Below, piece after piece: positions 11,994 to 23,488 of a stretch of 64,000 bases of DNA. The notes under the pieces are model-generated. The model worked only from the letters and a program-made list of their open reading frames with translations. It searched no databases and had not been told where the DNA came from. The DNA is taken from the NCBI GenBank assembly GCA_951406725.2, contig OX597823.1, positions 93,124,001 through 93,188,000 of the forward strand, written 5' to 3'. The position numbers were made by a program, and so were the translations under genes. Origin of the DNA: Octopus vulgaris. Lineage: Eukaryota. The number at the start of each line of letters is the position of its first letter. The first letter of the stretch is position 1.

Positions 11994-12358
11994 CTAGCAC
12001 AATGACACGGCGTTGCCGGGTCATAGTGCTAGTGCATGCAGATACAGTTGCGTACGTGCGCACACACACGCGAGTACTGTCCAAATCTCCGACCAATCAC
12101 ATACAGCTAGCTGGCATTCAATTGGCGTATCAAGTTTCGGGCATTTTGATTGGGTTTTGGATAGAAAATTCACAAAAAAATAACTTGATTTCTTAATGGC
12201 TTTGCGGGGTGACTGGGGAAATATAAATATGTGCACTACCACCCGTGGACGGTTTTAAATGATCATAGAAAGTGCGAGCTCTCTAACGGAAAAAAAGTGG
12301 ATTTGTATAAAGGACAAACACACACAGACAGACATTTTGCCGTTTATATATAGAGAGA
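11994..12358 (-). mobile_element. Non-autonomous Helitron
   Basis: The reverse complement starts A|TCTCTCTATATATAAAC..tgtctgtctg and ends ccggcaacgccg(hairpin)..tgCTAG|T, giving TC...CTAG termini at an AT target. Confidence 0.8.
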
Positions 12359-13149
12359 TGTGGTACAAGAGTTTTTAAAGATAAATGCATATAAACAACA
12401 CTTCTTTCACTGAAACAACTTTGTTAATACCTGCATTTAGAGCTTTTAGCAAAGAAGCTAGTTTTGACTTTGTCATATTACAAAAGTTGGGTGCTGGAAC
12501 CACTCAACAAGAAGAGCAAACTCTACTTTCCAGAGCATCCTTGCCAAAGCTCGGTAGAATGGTGCAAGGGATTACTTCTTGTTACAGCTTACAAATAAGC
12601 CAGCAGACCTCACATCCCATTGCAGCAGTCTATCATCCATCATCGGAAAAGTGAAAAAAAGGTACCATCTATTGAGGACAGTATGCAATTAAAAAGGATT
12701 TAACGAAGAGAAAAGGAAAAAGAAATCACAGAATATGTCGGCACTTAGAGAAAATAAGGAAATAACTATAAGATTGTGGTGCATTAGACAACAGTCTAAG
12801 AACTAAGAGAAACTGGCTGTTGTATCCAGTCAGTGACAACAAGCATGTTATCTGGGACCACTGCTCCAACAGCGCTTTTGTTTGCATCACTCATTTCAGT
12901 TACCCAAATATCCGAACATGCAGCCATATCTTTGATCATAGTAGAAAACTTTACTCCAGTAGAAAATGTATATCATTTATAACGGATTTCTGTTCGTCCA
13001 GAAAGAGAACTGTTATAGAAGCAATCCTTTATCATAAACTATACAGTCAGTGCCGAATAAATGAGGCGATCGTGTCTTGTTATTGTAAATCAAGTCGACA
13101 TTGAAATAAGAGGTGTTAGCATGTGAACATCATCAAATATTTTAAAGAT

Positions 13150-13558
13150 TGCACAGAAACAAATCCTCACACAGAGGCTGTCACATATAGACATATCAGT
13201 TTGTCCGTCATTGTTGCCGATGACAATGAACATAACACAGGAGAAGACGGTGTACGACGTGGGTGTGTCCTGCTCTGGTCAATCAGTCCCATATATACTC
13301 GCAAGGCTCTGCTGCAGGTGGGGCACGGCTGGCCTGTTAGGTCTAAAGGCAAGAGGTTGCATAGTTCACATTTTCTTTGAACTTCTGTAACCCATTTCTG
13401 TTCGTATAAGTTGGCTCCTTTGTTGGTGCATTCTAGGTGTCGTTGTAGGTTTTGAGTGAGACTTTAAGTGTCAATTTGAAGCGCCTTTTCTGTATGCCTT
13501 GCGTGCGCCTGCCTTCCGTCAGTTCGCTGCTAAATAGTATCTTGGGGAATCAAACGCT
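13150..13558 (-). mobile_element. RTE-clade LINE 3' fragment
   Basis: PKILFSSELTEGRRTQGIQKRRFKLTLKVSLK and a C-terminal CPTCSR...GL...RTH zinc-finger remnant. Confidence 0.75.
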
Positions 13559-14227
13559 TTCAGACATATATACACTCACATTGCCTCTCTCACACGCATA
13601 TTATTCTTGTTTGTATATATATACTTGTCAGTGTATTCTAGTCTTTGTATGAAGTTATGTAAACAAAATTGCTTTTTAGTTTTTAATCTATAGTTTATAG
13701 TTAATTAAGATGGCGCTCACTAACGTTTAATCAATTCTCCTTAATAATAACTTTGCTACTTTGTTATAATTTGTTTTCGACATCGTCGTGTTTTTTTATG
13801 TATCATAGACAAAACCGGATGACGTAAGAGAGAGTGGGGAAGAATAGAGACTAAATGTGTATGTGATTGGTATTGATGGATAAATCGATAGATACATTGA
13901 TAGATAACTAGTTAAGAGAAGGAAAACAGTGGAATGATGAATATTGCCTATTAACTAGTGGAAGATATTCATCAACAAGTGTAGAAAAGAAGCAAATACT
14001 AGCCTAAGTGAAAAAATTAAAACCAATTTAGTGAGTCGGAGACAGCAATAAAGGGGATTCACAAAATACTTTTTATCCAGTCTCCATATTTTTATTCCGT
14101 TTAAATGGTAAATTATAATACGATTTTATTTTTAAAAATTAATAGAAATAGCTGTAAATTTACTTTGCTGTTTCAGTAATTTTCATTGAATTATTTTATG
14201 TATATCTTTGATGTTATTTTGTGAAAA

Positions 14228-14460
14228 AGCATGGCCTCATGGAAGGGACATACTGTCGATTGCAAGATCCCAAATCAAACGGTGTATTGAGTTCTTGAGC
14301 AAACTGTCTTGATTTCTTGTTGTTTAATCCACTCGACCGTAAATGCGTTGCCCTGCGATAGGTTGGTCTACAGTTTAAGAGGAAGTGAGTGATTTTGTGA
14401 TCTCACTTGTAAGCCATGGAACCGGAGTAACCAGCCTTATGAATCCAAGGACACGAGACA
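14228..14460 (+). mobile_element. Old SINE of a third family (V/Deu-like central segment)
   Basis: gttcttgagcaaa...ccactc...gccctgcgatag. Related segments at 17185-17340, 50600-50810 and 62255-62530. Confidence 0.45.
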
Positions 14461-14744
14461 GCATCTACTTCTACTGTTACATTGATTCAGATGACTATAA
14501 TTCAAGAAGCTGGTTATATTTAATATATCCACGGTGACCTGCTCTGAGAGATGTCCAGGAATATTACGACATTCAGTATTTATGCATTAATAATTTGTCA
14601 ATTGGAGAAATTCATTCGACTGTGTTTAGCACACATCCGTTTTCAATAGTCACAATGATTCAGGCAACCTCATGAACTGGGTTTTGACAGAACTAAGGTA
14701 AATTATTGCTTCTTTGAAATGAATTTGCCGTAAGAATATAGGCA

Positions 14745-15130
14745 TAGGTGTGGCTGTTTGCTAATGAGTTTGTTTCCCTACTACATGGTGTTGGGTTCAG
14801 TCTACAGCGTGGTACTTTGGACAAGTGTCCTCTACGATAATATCAGACCAAAGCTTTGTGAGTGTATTTGGTAGACAATAACTGAAAGAAGCCCGTTATA
14901 TGTGTGTGTGTGTTCGCGCGCGCCTGCGTGTGTGTGTGTGTTTGAGTGTGTATGTGTGCGTCTTTTAGTGGATCTGCTTGACCCCACCACTACTTGAAAA
15001 CCTAGGTAACTTAGCGGTTCGGCAAAAGTAAGCGATAGCAAAGTCCTGGGGTCGATTTATTCGTTCGACTAAAATTCCTCAAGACTGCCCCAGCAGGGCC
15101 GCAGTCTAATCACTGACACAAGTGAAAGAA
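14745..15130 (+). mobile_element. CORE-like tRNA SINE (diverged copy)
   Basis: Colinear with 15597-16030. Confidence 0.8.
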
Positions 15131-15596
15131 TTAAATAATAGCTGATATAAATAATCAGTGATTGCTCGGTTGTTTCGCTGGTTGATTCTGCAGTCACGTT
15201 TCACGTTGTGCAGAGTAAAAGAAAGACACAGATAGAGTTAGAATAATAGGAGTCAGATTAGGTTTTTAATAATTTTCTGAAAAATAATTTTTTTCTTTAA
15301 ATTTTGCGGCGATAGGTATCCATCAGAGACGATTTCGAATATGTTAATAAAATTAAGAAAATAATGATATATACTTATTGTAAATATACAGATAAAAATT
15401 TGTTCTTTTTTTAAATTATAATTTAAGGTGGTAAATATTTTAATTCGAAAATTTGTTTCTTTCTTTCATTTTGCATAAGCATATTTACAATATGTATACT
15501 ATATTTTCTGATTTTACTCATGGTGGGAAAAGTATGCTTACAAAGTTACCGTCTTATGATGGGTAAAGCGGAAGTTAATTCAATGAATTCTACATA

Positions 15597-15757
15597 AGGA
15601 AGTGGCTGTGTGGTAAGTAGCTTGCGAACCAACCACATGGTTCCTGGTTCAGTCCCACTGCGTGGCATCTTGGGCAAGTGTCTTCTGCTATAGCCCCGGG
15701 CCGACCAATGCCTTGTGAGTGGATTTGGTAGACGGAAACTGAAAGAAGCCTGTCGTA

Positions 15758-15827
<70 letters not shown>

Positions 15828-16030
15828 TGTGTCTGTGTTTGTCCCCCTAGCATTGCTTGACAACTGATGCTGGTGTGTTTACGTCCCCGTCACTTAGCGG
15901 TTCAGCAAAAGAGACCGATAGAATAAGTACTGGGCTTACAAAGAATAAGTCCCGGGGTCGATTTGCTCGAATAAAGGCGGTGCTCCAGCATGGCCGCAGT
16001 CAAATGACTGAAACAAGTAAAAGAGTAAAA
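15597..16030 (+). mobile_element. CORE-like tRNA SINE (well-preserved copy)
   Basis: A and B boxes, catcttgggcaagtg, internal (TA)n(TG)n and tail ggcggtgctccagcatggccgcagtcaaatgactgaaacaagtaaaagag. Confidence 0.88.
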
Positions 16031-16539
16031 GAGTAATAATTATTCTAGAATAAATTGATCGCTTAATGAACTGAGAAGAAGTCATTCATAATCATAAATA
16101 TTAAATTTTTATAAACAAAGGTAAACTTTAAGGCTTTTAAACTATAGAAACATTTTAATGGTTTCCAAATAAGGTTATATATACGTCATGAACGTCATCA
16201 AACGTCACAAGTATACGTCATCAAACAATTTCTCATTGGTTTTGAAACAAACTAACGATATCTTACTTTTAAAACAAAATTAATCAACAATCTTGATTCT
16301 CCTTTCATTGTTATCCAACAGCACAAAATAACAATGCTTTGACAGTCAGTCATAGAAATTCGTATGTTACATAACAAATCGATTTCTAATTACAAATTTT
16401 TTCATTAAGCCGCACTATATATATCATTGACTCAATCTCGTAGCTCCCATTGTCAAATCTTGGACAACAAATAGCCTAAATCTTCACATTTCAAACAATT
16501 CTTCAACGCCGTTTCTCACAACAATATTTACACTCTATA

Positions 16540-16955
16540 GGGCGGCGAGCTGGCAGAAATGTTAGCACGCCGGGCGAAATTCTTAGCAGTATTTCGTCTG
16601 ACTTACGTTGTGAGTTCAAATTCTGCCGAGGTCCACTTTGCCTTTCATCCCTTCGGGGTCGATAAATTAAGTACCAGTTACGCTCTGGGGTCGATGTAAT
16701 CGACTTAATACCTATGTCTGTCCTTGTTTGTCCCCTCTGTGTTTAGCCCTTGTGGGTAATAAAGAAATAGGTATTTCGCCCGTCGCTACGTTCTGAGTTC
16801 AAATTGCGCCGAGGTCGACTTTGCCTTTCATCTTTTCGGGGTCGATAAATTAAGTACCAGTTACGCACTGGCGTCGATGTAATCGACTTAATTCGTTTGT
16901 CTATCCTTGATTGTCCCCTGTATGTTTAGCCCCTTGTGGGCAGTAAAGAAACAAA
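16540..16955 (+). mobile_element. Meta-like tRNA SINE, partial tandem dimer
   Basis: Head ggcggcgagctggcagaaat, then two body copies each ending ...cccttgtggg..taaagaaa. Confidence 0.88.
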
Positions 16956-17184
16956 TATATATACATAACAAGTGCTTCCTAATCTTCCTCATGAGGCAGG
17001 GGAATTTTTTCCAGCACAAATCATTTGCTGACCCTCAATGAAGCTCAAGCGATATATATTATTCAATATATGTATGTTCGGAGGTTAGGCGTATGCATGT
17101 AAATATGCACATACCGACATATACACATGCATGCGCTCACACACACAATGACACAGAAACACATATATGTGTGTGTGTATGAGT

Positions 17185-17340
17185 GAAGACCCGTGGCTTA
17201 GTAGTTAGGAGTTTTCGGCTCATGATCGTAAGGTCGTGGGTTCAATTCCCGGCGAAGCGTTGTGTCCTTGAGCAAGACACTTTATTTTAACGTTGCGTCT
17301 GTCCACTCAGCTGGCAAAAATTAGTAGTACCTGTAATGTA
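17185..17340 (+). mobile_element. tRNA-headed SINE (V/Deu-like family)
   Basis: cgtggcttagtagttagg (A box), gggttcaattccc (B box) and tgtgtccttgagcaagacac. Confidence 0.7.
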
Positions 17341-17499
17341 AAGGGTACTACTCAGCTGTTGTAATGCCAATGTGTGGGACAAAACCCTCCAGGATGTTCC
17401 AGATATGTGCGTGTGTATATATATATATATGTATGTATGTGTGTGTGTATGTATATATATTTATATGTGTGTGTATATGTATATATATATATATGTGTA

Positions 17500-17584
<85 letters not shown>

Positions 17585-17632
17585 TTATATATATATATAT
17601 ATATACATACACATATATATGCATATATACAT

Positions 17633-17830
17633 ATAGGTTGCGGTAAATAGATTGGCGCCTAAATTACGCAAAAGTGAAAATAACAACTCATTTTAGCAGA
17701 TGTATTTACGAAAATTACATAAAAATATCTTGAAATCCTAAAGGGTAAATTTATTCAATAAAATTGCCATCGACTTCAGTCACGGCCTCCAGACAACTTC
17801 GGAATCTCCTGCAACTCTTCTGCGAAATTT
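17633..17830 (-). mobile_element. Tc1/mariner 3'-end remnant
   Basis: Translates CRRFRSCLEAVTEVDGNFIE*, a typical Tc1-like C-terminus, and ends at TA. Confidence 0.6.
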
Positions 17831-17919
17831 TATCAGTGAACACCGGTCGCTGTTCCAAAGCGACAAAGGTAAACTAAATTTAAATGTTGAAGTGAATCTG
17901 ACGTATTTTGTGTGATTTT

Positions 17920-18282
17920 AAATGGCTTAGAAATACCTTGCGGCCATGCTGGGGTACTACCTTCCGGAAATTATATTTGAATGTATCAACCCCAGGAATT
18001 AAGTTTTACTAAGCATGGTACTTATGCTATCGGTCTCTTTTGCCTAAACACCAAGATACGAGGTCGTCGAATACCAACATCGGTTGTCAAGCGGTGGGTG
18101 GGGGGACAAACGCACATACACACACACATATATACGCCGGTCTTCTTTCAGTTTCGTCAACCAAAAAGGCTTCAGTCAGCCAAGGCTAGGTAGAAGACAC
18201 TTGCCCGATGTCCCATGCCGGGAGAGTGAACAAGGAGCCATGTGGATGTGATGCAAGCTTCTTACCACACAGCCATGCCTGT
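17920..18282 (-). mobile_element. CORE-like tRNA SINE (diverged, reverse)
   Basis: cttaccacacagcc and gaagacacttgccc are reverse complements of the family head. Confidence 0.75.
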
Positions 18283-19414
18283 ATATAAATATGTATGTGT
18301 GTGTGTGATTGTGTGTACGTGTGTGTGCGCGCGTGTGAGTGCAAGCGTGTTACGTCTTCTCTGGCACTTTACTAAAGATGAGTTCATCCTCTACACAAAC
18401 TGAAAAAAAATTAATGCATTAAACTTAGTTTTTCCATCGCCATTATCACTGGCTACACGAACAGTCATATCATTTTCCTCATTACCATCGTTTAAAAAAA
18501 TCAGCCATTAGTTAATTTATATTCCTTTTCGTAATTTAGTTAGTACACCTCAATGATTTATGGAAGACGTTTATGTGCCATTATCAAAGTAGCAAGGTTA
18601 ATACATACGCGTGCGGCAAAATCTCTCTCGTCTATGGAAATTCGATATAAAAGGAACCAATCACTGATAGTAACAGATGTTTCAGTCAGCTTAAGTAAAT
18701 AATTGTCCCTCGTGTATAAACTATTTATCATTATGCTAATACCTGAAAGGCGCTGGGCTGTCAGAATCATTAACACACCGGAAATGCTTTCTCCTATTTC
18801 TCGTGGATATAAATCCTGATCTTGAATCTTGTAGAGACTGGATCTGCTTTTCATACATCCAGGGTCAATAATATAGGACTCAGTCAAGCAATCAAGCTTT
18901 GGTACCTGGTGTGCCTTACTTAACACCCCCACCACCACCACTCACTGAAATTTTTGCTCTTCTTCCAAATTAGAAATAATTGTAACTATATTAGAAATAA
19001 CACATTTCTGAATCTCTCAGAGAGATTTATACAGTAGTGATACGATAAAGTAGTTGTATGCAGTTAACTTAATGTGACAGTCCCATGAGAAGGAATAATA
19101 CTACCGCTATTTAGCCTTAGGAAGCAACTCTAAACAGCTAAGACTTTTAAACATAAGGACACAGGAAAAGTGTCAAGGCCGACAGGAAGCGGTGCTGCTT
19201 CGTAGGGCTAAATTTTCGTGAAACGAAAATGTAGACACCACAAGCGAGGGGAATAGAAATAGAACCTCTGTTCCCCAAAACCTTTATTGTAGAGAAAGGA
19301 TTGTTTAAGTTTCGAGAAGTACGCTTAAATATGTTTTTAAGTTTAACTTTACAGATTTTCTGTGGAATTCAGAAAAATTCCATAGAAAATCTGTAGAGGG
19401 GTAGGAGTGGCTTT

Positions 19415-19820
19415 AGGCGCAGGAGTGGCTGTGTGGTAAGTAGCTTACTTAACAACCACAATGTTCCGGGTTCAGTCCCACTACGTGGCACCTTCGGCAA
19501 GTGTCTTCAACTATAGCGTCGGGCCGACCAAATCCTTGTGTGTAGATTTGGTAGACAGAAACTGAAAGAAGCCTGTTGTATATATGTATATGTATATATG
19601 TGTATGTGTGTGTGTTTGTGTGTCTGTGTTTGTCCCCCCAACATCGCCTAACAACCGATGCTGGTGTGTTTACGTTCCCGTAACCTAGCGGTTAGGCAAA
19701 AGAGACCGATAGAATTAATACTAGGCTTACAAAGAATAAATCCTGGTGTCAATTTGCACGACTAAAGGAGGTGCCGCAGCATGACCGCGGTCAAATGACT
19801 GAAACAAGTAAAAGAATAAA
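19415..19820 (+). mobile_element. CORE-like tRNA SINE
   Basis: Colinear with 15597-16030. Confidence 0.88.
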
Positions 19821-20355
19821 AAATATAAAGAGAGACAAACATTAAAGGAGAACATCGCACTGCTAGCACACAGGCAAAGCACGGCATAGACTTGTAAATC
19901 TGTAATATATTTCGTAGTATATTATGATTGCAAGACGAAATATTGTATCGTTCTAGCAATTAATAAAATAATAGTATTAAAAAAAAATGTAGTATAACGT
20001 AGCCTGCGCCAGGGTCTTCCAAAACTTTTAGATAACAAATCCGTCAATTCATTTCCCATGTTATAGTTATCATTATATTTACCCCAGACAACAATGAGAC
20101 TGCATCAGGAGAAACATCCTCCTCAAAATATGACTAATCTCTCTGAAAGGAGATCAGTGACTTAAGCCAGGTATTTGGAAATGCTCCTGTTCATTTCAAG
20201 CGTGAAAGAAATGTTATTACCACTCATGCTACAAAAAACGTGACGTAACTGTTTTTATTTTCTCATAACACTTTAAGAAATCACTTATTATCAGCAGAAT
20301 TTAGGAGGCATATATATACAAATATTCAATCGAACACATACATACAGACATACAA

Positions 20356-20447
<92 letters not shown>

Positions 20448-20579
20448 GTGTATAAAGGTAGATTGTAGATTCGTCCTTTAAGTTTGTTGGTTTCCAAAAG
20501 AGATTTCTGATGTTGGTTCTTCATATTTTGCTGGTAGTTTACAAGCGTAAATCTGCGGAGATATTAAAGTAGTACTTGA

Positions 20580-20656
<77 letters not shown>

Positions 20657-21552
20657 ATACATATACATACACACACACACACATATGGATGTATGTATGC
20701 ATGCTTATGTATATATATGAAAAATTTGATATATATTTATGAAATTAAACATGACCATTTAGGCGCCTTTACTTGAAGTTCTTGGAAGATGATATACCCT
20801 CTGGTTTTGTTCTATATAATAATTTCTGAATGACAACACATAAAGTCTCTCGTGGGTATTTATTATGCAAATTTAATGTCGTTTCAAGATAAAATCATAT
20901 TGTCTATTCAAAGTTAAGCGGAATCTCATGGGCCAAAAATTTAGATGTTTATTAATTCTCAGCACATAAGGAAAAACTGTCTGTTTGGTCAATAATTGAA
21001 AGCTCTCAGTCTTATATAGCAAGGTGATGGACATACGAGAAATCATTAATCGCTGCCATGAATATTGGAATTATTTTGTGTGAGTTTGGACAATTCAATT
21101 TAATTACAAGTAATCAGTTCTAATGAAATTGCTAAGTGGAAAATAAGAGGAGAATCACATTTAACCAATTCAATATAATGGCAATCAGCCGACTGAAAAG
21201 GTTGTTGGTTTCTATCCAATCGACATTGCTCTGATGTTTCTTTGGCAAAGGCACTCAGCAGTGAATGGAATATGTCCTGTAGGCTACATATAGGTACCAT
21301 GAGTAGGCAAAGCGCCCTACTTTCAGGGGAAAAAAAATCTATATTGCTGCCAATGCAATGAAAGATTATCTATGTTGTCATTTTTATCCGCAAGCCGGCA
21401 GATTTTCGTATTCAAAAGTTTCAGCCAAGCATTTTAAAGATGAAATTGGCATCATATATATATACATACATATATATATGTGTGTGTGTGAGCACGTGTG
21501 TGTGGATGTATGTATGCATGTATGTATATATGTATGTATGTGTGCATGTATG

Positions 21553-21732
21553 TATAGCCACTACACACATTTTTTCTCTCATTTTTTCTCACCTTGTTTT
21601 ATCTGTGTTCCTTTCTGTAGAAGAGCGTAGGCTCGAAACGTAAAAGACTTTTTCTGTTCCTGAGCGTTAAACTAATACATCTTTTTGTTTGGTACACTCC
21701 CTGTCTTCGTCTTTTGTTTTTTTCGTAAACTC

Positions 21733-21740
<8 letters not shown>
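21553..21740 (+). mobile_element. Penelope-type terminal repeat fragment with variant minimal hammerhead
   Basis: A reverse-complement copy lies at 36715-36905. Contains cttt-CTGTAGA-AGAGC-gtag-GCTC-GAAA-CG-TA-aaag and abuts (TA)n. Confidence 0.65.
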
Positions 21741-21768
<28 letters not shown>

Positions 21769-21785
21769 ATATATATTTATTATTC

Positions 21786-21884
21786 ATCACGACAATTGTT
21801 TCGACACATCGATCCCTCACAGGCAGGAGACTCAATAACTGGTTCTGGAGCATCCAGTGGTGCAGTTGTGCCTCATCAGGTGAT
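21786..21884 (-). ncRNA. Type I hammerhead ribozyme with 58-nt loop II
   Basis: Reverse complement: ATCAC-CTGATGA-GGCACA-(58 nt)-TGTGTC-GAAA-CAATTG-TC-GTGAT. Full catalytic core, paired stems I and II, palindromic stem III. Confidence 0.8.
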
Positions 21885-22100
21885 AGATAGGCACAACTCA
21901 TTAGAATAACAGTTCTGCAATGTAACTTTTCGTTGTGTGGAAAGAACAGCCAAACGGAGAACATATCTTCTTTTACATCGAACATCAAAGATGAAATCAT
22001 AGATAGACAAAAGAGAAACGAACACGCAATACAGCGAAAAAATTATCAAATCACACACACACACACGCACAAACACACACACACACACACACACACATAA

Positions 22101-22133
<33 letters not shown>

Positions 22134-22942
22134 AGGAATGAAGGAACCGGGAATTGTTGTTTACGAGAAGCTTAATTCATCACAACAATTGTTTCAATCC
22201 ATCATACATCAATCCCCTGCGGACGGAATACTGTACACCTGGTTGTGTTGCATCTTCCGGTGCATAAGACATCTTATCGGGTGTCTTGTTTCAGAGAAGT
22301 AACCTGGTTAAATAGATTCGGTTTCGCTTGGCATGTATTTGTTACCAGAAGGTTGTTGGCTATAATGATATGAATAAAACACCTCATGACATGCATTCTA
22401 CACCAGAGGGTGCAACACAGCCAGATGCACAGTATGTCATCCAACAGGGAGCGATTCAGGATGAGACGAAACGATTGTTGTGATGAATAAAGAGTTTCGT
22501 GAAGTCCATTTTCCGTTTCCTTCATTCATTATATCAAAACTGTGGATGACATCCGGTAACCTAAACAGCGAAAGTGTTTTAATCGCAGACTACAGACTGT
22601 ATACACAAAACTCCAAACAATTTCTTATATATATGGTGGTTCTCTACTCCTTATGCAGAGTTTGACCATCTCTCGTACTTACACCTTAGAACCGTTATGG
22701 TATCAGATGTGGCTTTTGAAAAGTCACACACATAGATTGCATATCTGATTTGGACAACCAAGAACTGCAGTTAGGTTTTGATCTTTGTGGATCTTAAAAT
22801 GTATTTAGGGGGAAAAGGACAACACAACCAAGGCAGGGCGAGTATCTCAAGTCATTTAGAATATCTATTTAGAGTAATGCCAAATTGAAGTTATATAACT
22901 AATTAGTTAATTAATTAATCAATTAATTAATTACTTATTGTA

Positions 22943-23018
22943 TTCTTATAGCTGTTTCTGAGATATTCGAAGCGATAAGTTATCATCCCCATACAATTGT
23001 TATTCCGTCATCAGAGAA
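22943..23018 (-). ncRNA. Degenerate hammerhead ribozyme
   Basis: Reverse complement: TTCT-CTGATGA-cgga...tca-GAAA-CAGCTA-TA-AGAA. Stems II and III are partly mutated. Confidence 0.55.
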
Positions 23019-23276
23019 AAGGTGAGTATACAGGAAAGTTCTAGACAGAGATTTCACGGTGTATAAAAGAATAAAATAGAAGATAGAAGAATAAAGAGAA
23101 ATACAGTAGATAGAAGAATATAGGTAAGAGAATAGAGTTCCCAGGTGATCTTCTTCCTGGGGGCATGGAGATTAGACCATACTTCCATGTAGGTTTAGCT
23201 CCTTAGCTATAATCCCACATAAATCTAGGCAGTATTTTGAATGTTGCGTCCATATTGAAGGAATAGAGTAAGTAAC

Positions 23277-23488
<212 letters not shown>

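Noticed and set aside
12385-13104. Two non-repetitive ORFs (89 and 94 aa)
   Set aside because: No recognisable domain or convincing splice sites. Possibly an old transposase relic, but this is unsupported.
15597-15670. tRNA genes at A/B-box sequences
   Set aside because: They are SINE heads with no cloverleaf and continue into SINE bodies.
16183-16225. Four ACGTCA (CRE half-site) motifs
   Set aside because: Better explained as a short degenerate tandem repeat.
17348-17650. Many ORFs of YIYI/CVCV/HTHT/LSIY type here and throughout the window
   Set aside because: They are translations of (TA)n, (TG)n and (GATA)n microsatellites.
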